Positions 26,792 through 37,316 are shown, counted from the stretch's first letter. The stretch: 46,826 nt of DNA from an uncultured bacterium (GCA_964606555.1 CAZSGU010000003.1:1-46826); one strand, 5' to 3'. The notes: a model not told the origin generated them from the letters alone. Translations and numbers: made by a program.

Positions 26792-27382
26792 TTAAAGTTT
26801 ATAATTTAATTCAAGAAAAAAATTATTCATTCCTTCTATCTCGTGATCATCAAGCGAACGATAGTAACCTGCATTAATACTAATGTTTCCTCTTAAAGGA
26901 ACTGAACCCCCAAACATTAGACCGTAATCAGAATCTGTAATACTTTCAGATTCAGATATTCCTGCAAATGATCCTGTACTCTGATATAAATGCGCATAAA
27001 GTGGACCTGCCCATAATGAAAAATTTCCATTATCCATTAAAGTATAAGACATCCAAAACTCAACACCTTTCACCTTAGCTTTCACATTGGCACCAGAATC
27101 AAGTTCGTTATCATCGCCATCACCAAATAAATCAACAAGATCTATACTAAACCCTCTTTGTCCAAGTCCTGCACCGATGGTAATTTTCTCATTAAGTGCA
27201 TAACCAAATCCTAGTGTAAATCCATTGGTTCTTCCTAAATCTACATCCACGTCCTCTGTATCGAATTCTTCACCTACTCCCATTGATGCATATCCTCCAT
27301 ACACACTCCATGGAGACGTTGTATCGTCTTGAGCAAAAACAATTGTTAATAAGAGTAAAAAACATATTGCTATTTTTTTCAT
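26792..27382 (-). CDS. Small outer-membrane beta-barrel protein (OmpA/OmpW-like porin-type barrel)
   Basis: 196 aa. The signal peptide is MKKIAICFLLLLTIVFAQ. Alternating aromatic/Gly-rich beta-strand patterns are present (GFTLGFGYAL, VEFWMSYTL, GLMFGGSVPL, FFLELNYKL). Confidence 0.7.
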   Translation of the reverse strand: MKKIAICFLLLLTIVFAQDDTTSPWSVYGGYASMGVGEEFDTEDVDVDLGRTNGFTLGFGYALNEKITIGAGLGQRGFSIDLVDLFGDGDDNELDSGANVKAKVKGVEFWMSYTLMDNGNFSLWAGPLYAHLYQSTGSFAGISESESITDSDYGLMFGGSVPLRGNISINAGYYRSLDDHEIEGMNNFFLELNYKL

Positions 27383-27506
27383 TATACTTCTCCTTATTAT
27401 TTGAACAAAAAAACTTAGTTAATTTTCTTTAGAAGAAACAATTAAATATGCGAAAAAATGCATAATCTTATTCTGTGTCTTTTCTGGCAATAAACTAAAC
27501 AATTTT

Positions 27507-27872
27507 TCAATCATAAGAATGCCAATATGCTAACCCAATAAATAATGCTTGAAATGGTAATCTTCCCCAAGCTAATTCGGGAGAAATATCCATTGCAGCT
27601 CCATTGGTATATGCTAGATAAATATTTGCTGGAAATACAGCAATTAACAGCATAATAAGTCCCCAAGCTGCATGATACCTTGTTTTAGGAATTAAAAGCA
27701 AAACACCAAATAATACTTCAAAAAATCCACTGATATAGACTGCTGCAAGCCCAAATGGTAGAAATGGTGGATAAATCTGTAAAAACCATTCTGGTTCAGT
27801 AAAATGTTTAATACCTGTAGTGATATAAAAAAAAGACATTAACCCAATGGTAAGAAGCTTAATTGTGTTCAT
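27507..27872 (-). CDS. DoxX-like small membrane protein
   Basis: 121 aa with 4 TM segments. The motifs GIKHF and the FEVLFGVLLLIPKTR...AVFPANIY pattern are typical of the DoxX/DoxX-like family. Confidence 0.65.
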   Translation of the reverse strand: MNTIKLLTIGLMSFFYITTGIKHFTEPEWFLQIYPPFLPFGLAAVYISGFFEVLFGVLLLIPKTRYHAAWGLIMLLIAVFPANIYLAYTNGAAMDISPELAWGRLPFQALFIGLAYWHSYD

Positions 27873-29599
27873 TAAATTGAAATTGATCCTTTTCTAAAAT
27901 CCGTTTTTCCGATACGCATATTGATAAGGACAGGCGTTCCCGTTTTCGCATCAGATTTGGCTTGCAATAAAACATCACGTAATTGGGAAATTTCGGTTAC
28001 CAAAAATCCTTTGCCTCCATACCCTTCTGCTACTTGATGATAGTTGGTATCGTTTAGATTGGTTCCGATGTCGCTACCGAGCATTGCGACTTGTTCTCGA
28101 GCAATTTGTTGCCAAGAACTGTCATTTCCTACTATAGCAATCACGGGCAATTTATGACGAACAAAAGTATCAAATTCTGCTAAACTAAATGCACAGGCTC
28201 CATCCCCATAAATAATCCACACCTCTTTGTCTGGAAACGCACTTTTTGCTCCTAAGGCAAATCCACCGCCAACCCCTAATGTTCCAAAGGCCCCTGGATC
28301 CAACCAGCTTAATGGAGCTCGAGGACGTAAAACATAAGAAGCTGTTCCTACAAAATCACCGCCATCGGCAATAATAATACTATTTTCATCCAATACATCA
28401 TTGATGGTAGTACATGCTTTGATAGGATTAACAAATTCTGTGTTCATTTCTGCTTGTGCTAAAATTTCATTATCTCTTTTCTGTTCCATTTGTTGTAATT
28501 CTTCTAACCATGTTTTGCAATCCGGTGTATTAATAATCTTAGCAATCTCATAAATACTTCTTGATGGATCTCCTTTAAGCTGTAGATATGGTCTCCGATT
28601 TTTTACAAGATCTTTTCTACTCTTATTTAAGGCAATAATCTTTGCATCAGAATTGATAGAAAATCCATACCCTAAACGAAAATCTAGTGGAACGCCTGCA
28701 GTAATCACGACATCTGCATTTTTTAAGGCATGTTTACGATTATGGCGTAAGAAAAATGAATCTTCTTTCCCTAAACATCCTCGCGCCATTCCTGATGTAT
28801 AGGTTGGAATAGATAGTTTTTTTAAGCTTTGAATAAACCGATCTAAAAATTCTTTATTATGGATAATTTGATTTCCAAGCAATACGACTGGTCTTACTGA
28901 TTCATGAATTGTAATTGCCGCTTTATCAATTGCAGATTGGCTTGCATTTTTAATGCTTTGCTTCCGAGGAATAATGAGCGATTTTCCTTTAGAAAATACA
29001 TTTTTTAGATGTTGTTCTACATACCATTTAAACACTTTATCAACAAATGAATTTGAAGAAATTTGTGATAGATGTTGCTCTCGAATCATTTCTTCTGGAT
29101 AGAGCAAATCAATAGGAAGTTCAACAAATACAGGACCAGGTACATCAGAAACAGCACGATTAATAGCATTATGGAGTACCGGGACAATATCTCGACATCT
29201 TTTTACAGAGGTTGCCGATTTAACATGTGGTTTCATTAGTGATAATTGATCAATATCTTGCAACGATCCTTTTCCTTTTAACAGAGTTGCAGCTGCTCCA
29301 CCAATCAACAACAAAGGAGATTGGGCTAATTGTGCATTTTTAATTGCTGTCATTGTATTGGTTACTCCCGGACCTGCAGTCACAATTGCAACACCAATGG
29401 TATCCGTTATCCTTGAAGTAGCATCTGCAGCAAATACTGCCGAAGCTTCGTCTCTCACTTGAACAATGTTAATTCCTTCAGATTCACATCCAACCAAAAT
29501 AGGTGAAATATGTCCTCCACAGAGGGTAAATACAGTTGAAATATTATTGTCTTTGAAAAAAGAACTTATGGAAAAACCGGCATGTGATTCAGATGCCAT
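27872..29599 (-). CDS. Thiamine-diphosphate-dependent enzyme, acetolactate-synthase-like / 2-hydroxyacyl-CoA lyase-like family
   Basis: 575 aa. The N-terminal Pyr domain shows CGGHISPIL...TAGPGVTN. The ThDP/Mg motif is [32 protein letters not shown]. Substrate specificity cannot be determined from sequence. Confidence 0.8.
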   Translation of the reverse strand: MASESHAGFSISSFFKDNNISTVFTLCGGHISPILVGCESEGINIVQVRDEASAVFAADATSRITDTIGVAIVTAGPGVTNTMTAIKNAQLAQSPLLLIGGAAATLLKGKGSLQDIDQLSLMKPHVKSATSVKRCRDIVPVLHNAINRAVSDVPGPVFVELPIDLLYPEEMIREQHLSQISSNSFVDKVFKWYVEQHLKNVFSKGKSLIIPRKQSIKNASQSAIDKAAITIHESVRPVVLLGNQIIHNKEFLDRFIQSLKKLSIPTYTSGMARGCLGKEDSFFLRHNRKHALKNADVVITAGVPLDFRLGYGFSINSDAKIIALNKSRKDLVKNRRPYLQLKGDPSRSIYEIAKIINTPDCKTWLEELQQMEQKRDNEILAQAEMNTEFVNPIKACTTINDVLDENSIIIADGGDFVGTASYVLRPRAPLSWLDPGAFGTLGVGGGFALGAKSAFPDKEVWIIYGDGACAFSLAEFDTFVRHKLPVIAIVGNDSSWQQIAREQVAMLGSDIGTNLNDTNYHQVAEGYGGKGFLVTEISQLRDVLLQAKSDAKTGTPVLINMRIGKTDFRKGSISI

Positions 29600-29605
29600 A
29601 GATTG

Positions 29606-31282
29606 CTAATTTTCCGTTAACGCAATTTGTTGTTCTTTAGGTGCAGTTAATATGGAAGAATACAACGCATTATCAAGAAGGATTTCTAATGATTTCTGCA
29701 CTGTCTTATCATCCTGAAGTAAAAATTCATATCTTCCTTTGTCTCCATCATAATAGAAAGCAAATTCTCCTAATAACATTTTTTTGATGAACTCTTTCTC
29801 ATCATCAAACATAGCAGTCTGTGATTTCTTGATTTGATTTTCAATGACATTAAATGCATTATTTAAGAATATATTTTTTGGTTCATCTTCTTTAACCAGT
29901 TTTTCTTTTGCTTTCTCTAAATCGCCTTCACCATCTACATATCCTGCAATATCATTTTCTTTAATAAAATCAGCAAATTTGTTCATTAAAGTAATGTCAT
30001 TGGCCACTGCATCTAAAGAATCATATTGATCGCTTGTTTGTTGCGCAAAACGGAAAAATCCTCCATTGCGTAAGATTGAAACAGCTAATGGGTATGATTC
30101 CAAATTTTCAACTAAAACATCGGGAGCAATGCCTCCGCCTCCGAGTACTTTTCGTCCTGCTTTTGTAGTAAATAATGAATCTTCAACCGTTACTTTATCT
30201 GTAAGCAATTCTTTATCAATGTATTCTCTTTTTTGCAGGGTACGCCCACTTGGAATATAATATTTTGAGTTGGTAATTTTTAACGCAGAGTTATTGTTAA
30301 TCGCAATCACAGATTGGACCAATCCTTTTCCAAAAGATGGAGATCCGATAATCACTGCCCTGTCATGATCTTGCAACACACCAGCAACAATTTCACTTGC
30401 AGATGCACTGCCTTCATTAATTAAGACTGTAATATCAATATCTTGAGGGAGTAATGCTCTATTTAATGATCTATATTTCTTTAATATCTTTCCACTACGT
30501 CCCTTGGTTGAAACCATCTCTAAATCTTTTTGCAATATCAGATCTAATACGTCTAATGATGAAGAAAGCAACCCTCCAGGATTGTCTCTTAAGTCAATAA
30601 TAATATTTTCTGTTCCTTCGTTCATTAAAGACAAAAACGCATTGTTTACTTCCCTTGGAGTATTCTCTGAGAAATTGGTTATTCTAAGATATCCGACCAC
30701 TGGATCAATCATCCCATAGTATGGAATATCTTTGATGATGATAATATCACGATTAATAGTATAATCATGCACTTCTTCTGTAATCGGTTTTTTAATGGTT
30801 AATACTACATCTGTGCCTTTTTCTCCTCGAATCTTATTGGTCGCATCTTTGAGCTCCATTCCATCAGTAGAAACTCCATCAATGTGAGTAATTTGATCTC
30901 CAGTAAAAATACCTGCACGAAATGCAGGAGAGCCCTCAATTGGCCCTACTACTGTTAGCTGATCTTCATACATATAAATCTGCAACCCTACTCCACTGAA
31001 TTCGCCTGTAGTTTTAATATTTAAATCTTCCAAATCTTTCTCTCCATAATATTCGGTATATGGATCAAAATTTTCTAACATCGAATTGATAATTGTTGAT
31101 GTTAATTCTGTGATATCTAACTCATGGATATATTCAGTAACAAGATATTTATAAACAGTCATGATTTGCTGTTGAGATCGTGCAATTTCACGATAGATAT
31201 CAAGCTGTTGACTTCGCAATAATCCGAAGAAACAAATCGTAATTATTAAAGTTATAAAAGATAATTTTTTTAATTGCTTCAT
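29606..31282 (-). CDS. S41 family C-terminal processing peptidase (Ctp/Prc-like) with a PDZ domain and a long C-terminal extension
   Basis: 558 aa with a signal or anchor sequence. The PDZ segment is GSPAFRAGIFTGDQITHIDG. The catalytic region is DLRDNPGGLL...NEGSASASEIVAG...GSPSFGKG. Confidence 0.88.
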   Translation of the reverse strand: MKQLKKLSFITLIITICFFGLLRSQQLDIYREIARSQQQIMTVYKYLVTEYIHELDITELTSTIINSMLENFDPYTEYYGEKDLEDLNIKTTGEFSGVGLQIYMYEDQLTVVGPIEGSPAFRAGIFTGDQITHIDGVSTDGMELKDATNKIRGEKGTDVVLTIKKPITEEVHDYTINRDIIIIKDIPYYGMIDPVVGYLRITNFSENTPREVNNAFLSLMNEGTENIIIDLRDNPGGLLSSSLDVLDLILQKDLEMVSTKGRSGKILKKYRSLNRALLPQDIDITVLINEGSASASEIVAGVLQDHDRAVIIGSPSFGKGLVQSVIAINNNSALKITNSKYYIPSGRTLQKREYIDKELLTDKVTVEDSLFTTKAGRKVLGGGGIAPDVLVENLESYPLAVSILRNGGFFRFAQQTSDQYDSLDAVANDITLMNKFADFIKENDIAGYVDGEGDLEKAKEKLVKEDEPKNIFLNNAFNVIENQIKKSQTAMFDDEKEFIKKMLLGEFAFYYDGDKGRYEFLLQDDKTVQKSLEILLDNALYSSILTAPKEQQIALTEN

Positions 31283-31920
31283 GATATCAATTTTTCATTT
31301 ACAATAGATGAAATCTCGTTATGAATTTCATCAATTGAGTTTTCTCCATTAATCAATATTACACGTTCTGGTTCTTTTGTGTGTAGACTGGTATAAAAAT
31401 CACGTACTCTTTGTTGAAACTCTTGTCCTTCTTTTTCAATCCTATCTCTGGAAACAGACATTCTTTTGTTTGCTTCTTCAACAGAAATATCAATAAAGAA
31501 GGTTAAATCAGGTTTCAAAGTATATGTTCCAAAATAATTAATTTCCTCAAGGGCAGTGCTGTTTAATCCTCTGCCTCCCCCTTGATATGCAAGCGTAGAA
31601 TCAGCATAGCGGTCTGCAATCATCCATCTTCCATTCAGTAGATGAGGGAGAATAACTTTATCGGTTAATTGTGCCCTACTCGCAATCATCAATAATGCTT
31701 CTGCACGATCAGACATTATTTCTTCTGAATGCAATAGTAGTTTACGAATCGATTCCGATATAGGGTCTCCACCAGGCTCTCTTACAAAACTAATTGATAA
31801 TTCTTGTTTTTCTAGCAATTCTAGCAACATTTCTGCTTGCGTAGTTTTTCCACAACCATCAATGCCTTCAAATGTGATAAATTTTCCTCTAGAAGTAGAT
31901 TCTGTCATCATCTTTTCCAA
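31279..31920 (-). CDS. tmk: dTMP (thymidylate) kinase
   Basis: 213 aa. The P-loop is FITFEGIDGCGKTTQ. DRY and LID-region motifs are present. The start may be one of the downstream Mets (31911 or 31908). Either way it overlaps the rsmI 3' end. Confidence 0.9.
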   Translation of the reverse strand: MEKMMTESTSRGKFITFEGIDGCGKTTQAEMLLELLEKQELSISFVREPGGDPISESIRKLLLHSEEIMSDRAEALLMIASRAQLTDKVILPHLLNGRWMIADRYADSTLAYQGGGRGLNSTALEEINYFGTYTLKPDLTFFIDISVEEANKRMSVSRDRIEKEGQEFQQRVRDFYTSLHTKEPERVILINGENSIDEIHNEISSIVNEKLIS

Positions 31921-32581
31921 TAATAATTACTAATTCACCTTTTACTTTTTTTGACTCAAAGAACTCAACTACACTGCTAAAGTTTCCTCGTACAATTTCC
32001 TCGTACAATTTTGTCAACTCTCTTGCAACGATAATTGGTCTTTCACCTAATTCGTCATGCAATTCCCTCAACGTTTTTAGTAATCGATGAGGACTCTCAA
32101 ATATAATTATAGTATTTTCTAAACTCTTTAAAAAAGAAATTTTCTTTTTTCTCCCTTTTTTCTGCGGAAGAAATCCTAAAAAGAAAAATGAATCAGATGG
32201 GAGACCTGATGCGCTAAGAGCTGCTGTTATAGCGGAAGCTCCTGGAATAGGAATAATATCAATTTCTTCATCAATACATGCTCTGATTAATTTATATCCT
32301 GGATCGCTAATAGTCGGAGTACCTGCATCAGAAATTAATCCAATATTTTTCCCTTCACTTAATAACCTGATAATTTTAGGGATCTTTTTCGTGTTATTAT
32401 GTTCATGATAGCTATCTAAATTGGTTGTGATATCATAATGTTTCATTAACTGAATAGATTTACGTGTATCTTCGGCAAAAATGTGATCAACTTCTTGTAA
32501 GATATCGATAGCTCTAAATGTGAAATCTTTTAAATTGCCAATCGGAGTGGCAACAATATATAATCTACCTTTATTAGACAT
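31889..32581 (-). CDS. rsmI: 16S rRNA (cytidine1402-2'-O)-methyltransferase
   Basis: 230 aa. The N-terminus is GRLYIVATPIGNLKDFTFRAIDIL, followed by AEDTR, SDAGTP.ISDPG and the C-terminal ELTKLYEE..RG. Confidence 0.9.
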   Translation of the reverse strand: MSNKGRLYIVATPIGNLKDFTFRAIDILQEVDHIFAEDTRKSIQLMKHYDITTNLDSYHEHNNTKKIPKIIRLLSEGKNIGLISDAGTPTISDPGYKLIRACIDEEIDIIPIPGASAITAALSASGLPSDSFFFLGFLPQKKGRKKKISFLKSLENTIIIFESPHRLLKTLRELHDELGERPIIVARELTKLYEEIVRGNFSSVVEFFESKKVKGELVIIIGKDDDRIYF

Positions 32582-33888
32582 TACCCTAATTTATCTAGAG
32601 CTTTTTTGAAACAATCTATTCCAAAATCAATATCTTCAGTTTTCACATTTAAGTGAGGACGGAAACGTATAGACTGATGTCCAGATCCTAATAAGATTGA
32701 TCCTTCTTCTAAGAGCAATTCTGCCAACTTATCTCTTTTGTCTCCAGAAGGAAGATCAAATGCACAATATAATCCTCTTCCTCGCGCATTAGAAACAAGA
32801 TTTGGGTACTGTTCCTGAAGTGCATATAAACGATCTAACAAATAATTCCCCGTTTCATCAGCTTTATCCACTAGGTTTTCTTTCTCTATTAATTCTAAAT
32901 AGATAGTAAGTCGCACCATATCAACCAAATTGCCACCCCATGTGGAATTTAATCGACTAGATTCTGCAAACACATGGTTCTCTACTTCTTCAACACGATT
33001 ACTAACCGCAATACCACACACCTGAGTCTTCTTACCAAATGCAATAATATCAGGTTCAGCAGATGTAAAATGTTGATGTGCCCACATTTTTCCCGTAACT
33101 CCGATTCCTGTTTGCACTTCATCATAGATGAGCATGATATCATTTTGATCAGCAATATTTCTTAATTCCTGAAGGAATTCGCATCGAAAATGATTATCAC
33201 CTCCCTCTCCCTGAATTGGTTCAATAATGATAGAGGCAATATTATCTGGATTGGCAGAAATCGCATCTTTTATTTCTGTCAATGCTTGGTTTTCTAATGC
33301 AATCACTTGATCTAAATTGTTCTCTAAAGGAAATGTAATTTTTGGATTAGTAACTCTTGGCCAATCAAATTTAGGAAAGTACATGGTTTTTCTTTTATCA
33401 GGAGAATCAGTTAGTGACATTGTATATCCTGAACGACCATGGAAACATTCTTTAAAATGGATTACTTTCTCTCCTCTTACATTGCTTCCTTTAGCTAAAT
33501 TTTTTCTACGCTTCCAATCAAAAGCAACCTTAAGAGCATTCTCAACAGCTAATGTTCCTCCTTCAATAAAAAACGCATGAGGTAAATAGTTAGGTTGAGC
33601 AACGCGTTTAAATGTTTCCATAAACTCTGCCAGCTCTAAAGAATAGACATCTGAGTTGGTAGGTTTATTAATAGCGGCAACTTTTAAGCGCTCTGATTGT
33701 TCTAATACATAAGGATGGTTATATCCAACAGATAATGAAGCGAACATTGAAAACAAATCAAGATATTCCTTCCCAGTTACTTTATCTACTAGCCAAGAAC
33801 CATGCGATTTCTCTAAGTCAATAATTGGAGACATACCATCCGCTAAAATACTACTACCAATAATTTTTCTAATATCAGATGGTTGCAT
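32581..33888 (-). CDS. lat: L-lysine 6-transaminase (lysine epsilon-aminotransferase, class-III PLP aminotransferase)
   Basis: 435 aa. The N-terminus ILADGMSPIIDLEKSHGSWLVDKVTGKEYLDLFSMFASLSVGYNHP closely follows the LAT family consensus. DEVQTG and the PLP-Lys region FGKKTQVCG are present. Confidence 0.82.
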   Translation of the reverse strand: MQPSDIRKIIGSSILADGMSPIIDLEKSHGSWLVDKVTGKEYLDLFSMFASLSVGYNHPYVLEQSERLKVAAINKPTNSDVYSLELAEFMETFKRVAQPNYLPHAFFIEGGTLAVENALKVAFDWKRRKNLAKGSNVRGEKVIHFKECFHGRSGYTMSLTDSPDKRKTMYFPKFDWPRVTNPKITFPLENNLDQVIALENQALTEIKDAISANPDNIASIIIEPIQGEGGDNHFRCEFLQELRNIADQNDIMLIYDEVQTGIGVTGKMWAHQHFTSAEPDIIAFGKKTQVCGIAVSNRVEEVENHVFAESSRLNSTWGGNLVDMVRLTIYLELIEKENLVDKADETGNYLLDRLYALQEQYPNLVSNARGRGLYCAFDLPSGDKRDKLAELLLEEGSILLGSGHQSIRFRPHLNVKTEDIDFGIDCFKKALDKLG

Positions 33889-33898
33889 TATTATTTAA

Positions 33899-34672
33899 TT
33901 ACCCTTCTGTTCTCTCAGGGTTTTGAAATGACCAGTAACCAAGCGCTACGATAATCAATCCTAACATCCAAAACGTACCATAATTATACGATGGACCAGA
34001 AAATAAGATTAAATCATTAAAACGCCCGATTAACAGAGAAATTCGGCCCATTACAGCGAACCCAAAGGATGCACCAAAACTAATCATTAGGAAGTAAACT
34101 CCTAAACGCGTGAAACGTCCATAGGCTCCAGACTGTTCTCTTGAGAAATAAAAATACATTAGAGCACTTATTGTGCCAATAAAAATAATAATATTATTGA
34201 AAATACTATCTCCAGACATTGCAAAAAATTCTAATTCTCCACTGAACAATTCTACTGCAGTAGATTTAATCTGACTAATAACATTGGAGCTTAAATATCC
34301 AAAAGCTTTCAATCCAGCAGCAATTCCAACCGTGTAAGCAATGCCCCATCTTGCCATCCAATTAATCTGCCTGAATACACTTAATAACATCATAATACCT
34401 AAGAGCAACGGGAAGAAATATAACCCATTGTATTCATGGCCTTTATCAATAACATACATACTTGCAAATGGACTATCTACAGCAAATAACCTACCAAATA
34501 AATTAGGGTAGATTTGAGTCCAATAAAATGTAGCAGCCCAATAAGCAGCAGATACACCAACAAATACATGTTCGGCTATTTTATAAAATGGATTATCTTT
34601 ATAGAGATATGAAAAAATTCCTAACGTAAGAAATGCAGCAATCCAAGCACCGAATATTGTTGAAAACGACAT
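33899..34672 (-). CDS. Module gene 7: polytopic membrane protein, no recognisable family
   Basis: 257 aa with about 6-7 hydrophobic TM segments. Its start lies 1 nt after the stop of the upstream gene. Confidence 0.6.
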   Translation of the reverse strand: MSFSTIFGAWIAAFLTLGIFSYLYKDNPFYKIAEHVFVGVSAAYWAATFYWTQIYPNLFGRLFAVDSPFASMYVIDKGHEYNGLYFFPLLLGIMMLLSVFRQINWMARWGIAYTVGIAAGLKAFGYLSSNVISQIKSTAVELFSGELEFFAMSGDSIFNNIIIFIGTISALMYFYFSREQSGAYGRFTRLGVYFLMISFGASFGFAVMGRISLLIGRFNDLILFSGPSYNYGTFWMLGLIIVALGYWSFQNPERTEG

Positions 34673-34673
34673 C

Positions 34674-35522
34674 TTAGTATTTCCTCTCTCTTCGTTCGGT
34701 AATAAAATAAGCTAAATTTCCCAAAATAATAAATAAGACAATAACAACATGTCCATAAGATTGTGCTGCCATTCCTTGAATAGCAATTCCAGGGGTCTCA
34801 ATTAATTTTTCATATTCTGCTGCACCAGGCATCCCTGCAAGAATACCTTTTAGTTGGCCACTTTGCACATAAGGCATCACTTCATTTACTTGAATAGAAG
34901 TTGTCCCAGATGAAAGAGGAACACCTGTTGGATCTGCTCCATATTGTACCCATTCAAAGGTACCAGGATACCCCGCAGAACCTGTAAACATAAATTGGAA
35001 ATCGTTTAGATTGTTTATTCCTTCCATCATTGGAATTTCACTTATTGGTTTTTGTGCTGCATCAACGGTAAATACTTTACGTAAATCACTTGCTAAACCT
35101 TTTACAATCGCTTCGTTTCCAGGTCTAAATCCTAGCAAAACATAATCTTCATGTTCAACTAAATCATATTCTTCATTAATTGTTTTTAAAGCATCTTTTG
35201 CCATATATAACCCATCAGGCCACAAGCAAGTTATATAGATCTTATGTCCACGATCTTGACTAAGAAGATGGCGCATAATACCTAGTGTCATCGGATGAAT
35301 TTCTGGTCTAGTACTCGGTCCATAATCGAATGAAATTAAAACATTAGAATTATCAGGAATACTATCAACAGCATCATACACTCTTTGAGAAGATGGGGTT
35401 GGTCGTATTGCAAGATCAACAGGACTTAATAGTGGGATAAGTACTGCTAATCCAATCAATATAAAGATTACTCTTCTATCAACTGATCCAAGTTTTACAA
35501 TAATATCTTCAAGAAATCTCAT
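34674..35522 (-). CDS. Module gene 6: bitopic membrane protein (N-terminal TM, globular domain of about 210 aa, C-terminal TM), no recognisable family
   Basis: 282 aa. The TM segments are VIFILIGLAVLIPLL and HVVIVLFIILGNLAYFI. The C-terminal tail is basic (ERRERKY). It has an ATGA start/stop overlap with the upstream gene. Confidence 0.6.
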   Translation of the reverse strand: MRFLEDIIVKLGSVDRRVIFILIGLAVLIPLLSPVDLAIRPTPSSQRVYDAVDSIPDNSNVLISFDYGPSTRPEIHPMTLGIMRHLLSQDRGHKIYITCLWPDGLYMAKDALKTINEEYDLVEHEDYVLLGFRPGNEAIVKGLASDLRKVFTVDAAQKPISEIPMMEGINNLNDFQFMFTGSAGYPGTFEWVQYGADPTGVPLSSGTTSIQVNEVMPYVQSGQLKGILAGMPGAAEYEKLIETPGIAIQGMAAQSYGHVVIVLFIILGNLAYFITERRERKY

Positions 35523-36448
35523 TGATCACCTATGTATGATTTTTCTAGTCCAAATATATATCTCAGACTGGTTACAATAATCCCTAATCCAATACCAATC
35601 ATAATAGCTCGTGCGCCAGCTAAATTAGGAACTGTATAAATCCATTCTTGTAAAGCAGGTAGATAGAATACTGCAGGTTGATCTATAGGCCAACCCATAG
35701 ATGAACCAAGAACTGTCACGCCTATTAATCCTAATGCAATCCAACCAAATACAAACTTACGGTTCTTGAAATATGTGTTAATAATGATTCCAATTACTAA
35801 TACCAATAAATACATAATCGTCCAGCTTGAAATAAGACTACCAATCGGAACTCTTCCAATCATAATAATAATACCAGCCAATAAAAGCAGTGTCGCTTCA
35901 AAATTCCTTGCTCTAAACGCACGATATGATGCTGAAGCAACATAGAATGCTAATAAAGCAAACATAGTGGCTGAAAGAGGTGTAAAGATGTTATCAAACA
36001 TCCATTTAAATAGCCCTCCTTCTGTTTGTATATGGGCTCCCCACTGTGCAGGTGTAATGCTTGCAGCAACACCTGAATCTTTTAATTGATTAACTGCTTC
36101 TTCTGCTGCTCCTTGTGTAAAATACGTACTCTGCACATCGGTATTAGGAATATCAACAACAAAAGCACCTCTCATAAAAAATCCCATAACAAAAACAATA
36201 AAGAAAGAAACGATTGCAACAACACTATATTGCCAACCTGATTGTCGTTTAAGAACTTTTAAAAATTGTAGTTTTAATAGATTTAATGCTCCAAGAAAGA
36301 TTGCAAAACTGGCAATAATATCATACCACTGAGTTGCATCATCGTCAATAAAAGCTTTGATACCTTCGTTTTCAATGAACCAACCAAACAAAGTGAGAGA
36401 TCCAAAAAATCCTACAATAGCAATTGGTATATATCTTTTCCAAATCAT
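35519..36448 (-). CDS. Module gene 5: polytopic membrane protein with one extramembrane loop of about 60 aa, no recognisable family
   Basis: 309 aa with about 7-8 TM segments. The soluble loop reads DIPNTDVQSTYFTQGAAEEAVNQLKDSGVAASITPAQWGAHIQTEGG. Confidence 0.6.
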   Translation of the reverse strand: MIWKRYIPIAIVGFFGSLTLFGWFIENEGIKAFIDDDATQWYDIIASFAIFLGALNLLKLQFLKVLKRQSGWQYSVVAIVSFFIVFVMGFFMRGAFVVDIPNTDVQSTYFTQGAAEEAVNQLKDSGVAASITPAQWGAHIQTEGGLFKWMFDNIFTPLSATMFALLAFYVASASYRAFRARNFEATLLLLAGIIIMIGRVPIGSLISSWTIMYLLVLVIGIIINTYFKNRKFVFGWIALGLIGVTVLGSSMGWPIDQPAVFYLPALQEWIYTVPNLAGARAIMIGIGLGIIVTSLRYIFGLEKSYIGDQ

Positions 36449-36452
36449 ACTA

Positions 36453-37316
36453 TTATCCGACTATATCCAAAAGGTTAAATGAAACAATATCAAGATCAAA
36501 TAAGGCACGCATCACCAAACAAACAATAATTAGTCCAATTAACATCAGCTTAACTGTATCTTGTGTTTTAACTCCACCAATTAATTCAGGTTTTCTAGAA
36601 AGATAAGCGCTTGCTGCAAAGTATTCTTCTCCCATTAAAGTATAATCACAAGCTGTAACAAAGAAAGGAATTTGAGCTTGAGAGGCTGTTCCAGCAATTT
36701 GAATTGCACCAATTCCGTTTCCTGTTTCTGCAAATAGAAGTGATTCTGCATAAAACTTACCCATATACATACATGCAGCCGGTTTATCTCTTTGCATTAT
36801 ACCATTTACTCCAGCTGCATAAGCAAATTGATCATCGGTAATATAATGAACCATGTCTTCATTAAACATTTCTGGTCGTCCTTGGCTAAGATATGCTTCT
36901 TTACAAGATTCTCTTGCTGCCTGCATTACAATAGATCTTGCAACAGGTACATCAAGACCAGTTTCATATTGCGCAGTCATCTGTGCAACATGTCCTAAAA
37001 TAATAACGCCAGCAACTGTTTCAACTTCGTTCATATCCATAATACCTGGAACATAAAGAATTGGCCTACCCATTTCGGTAGAACGACCTACAGCTTCTTC
37101 AACAGCTTTTAGACCGGGAATTGTACGTAAAAAAATTGAATCAGAATCTTTTCTTGCATTTTGAATTTCATTTAGCAATACCATTATAACGGTAAGCAAA
37201 ACAATAAACATAAATGATCGACTTGAATTAAAGATATGAAACTGGGACAAGATAAAGGTCAGGATAACAATTCCTAGAATACCTCCTGCATATATTAGAA
37301 CACGTTTATTATCCAT
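36453..37316 (-). CDS. Module gene 4: membrane protein (2 N-terminal TM segments, globular domain of about 190 aa, C-terminal TM), no recognisable family
   Basis: 287 aa. The TM segments are VLIYAGGILGIVILTFIL, FMFIVLLTVIMVLL and VKLMLIGLIIVCLVM. The conserved-looking core is IPGLKAVEEAVGRSTEMGRPILYVPG. Confidence 0.6.
   Translation of the reverse strand: MDNKRVLIYAGGILGIVILTFILSQFHIFNSSRSFMFIVLLTVIMVLLNEIQNARKDSDSIFLRTIPGLKAVEEAVGRSTEMGRPILYVPGIMDMNEVETVAGVIILGHVAQMTAQYETGLDVPVARSIVMQAARESCKEAYLSQGRPEMFNEDMVHYITDDQFAYAAGVNGIMQRDKPAACMYMGKFYAESLLFAETGNGIGAIQIAGTASQAQIPFFVTACDYTLMGEEYFAASAYLSRKPELIGGVKTQDTVKLMLIGLIIVCLVMRALFDLDIVSFNLLDIVG

Noticed and set aside
27383-27506. 124-nt spacer after the DoxX-like gene with a short inverted repeat (tatgc-N8-gcata near 27455-27472); considered as a terminator or small RNA
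   Set aside because: The stem is only 5 bp and AT-rich, with a large loop and no clear U-tract. The support is insufficient. Some termination or promoter signal for the OMP gene probably lies here, but I cannot define it.
31986-32011. Perfect 13-nt tandem direct repeat (cctcgtacaattt x2) inside rsmI
   Set aside because: A recent 13-nt duplication would frameshift the gene. Instead the ORF is intact, and the encoded ELTKLYEEIVRG matches the conserved RsmI C-terminal motif. The repeat is a coincidence of LYEE and IVRG codons read in shifted register.
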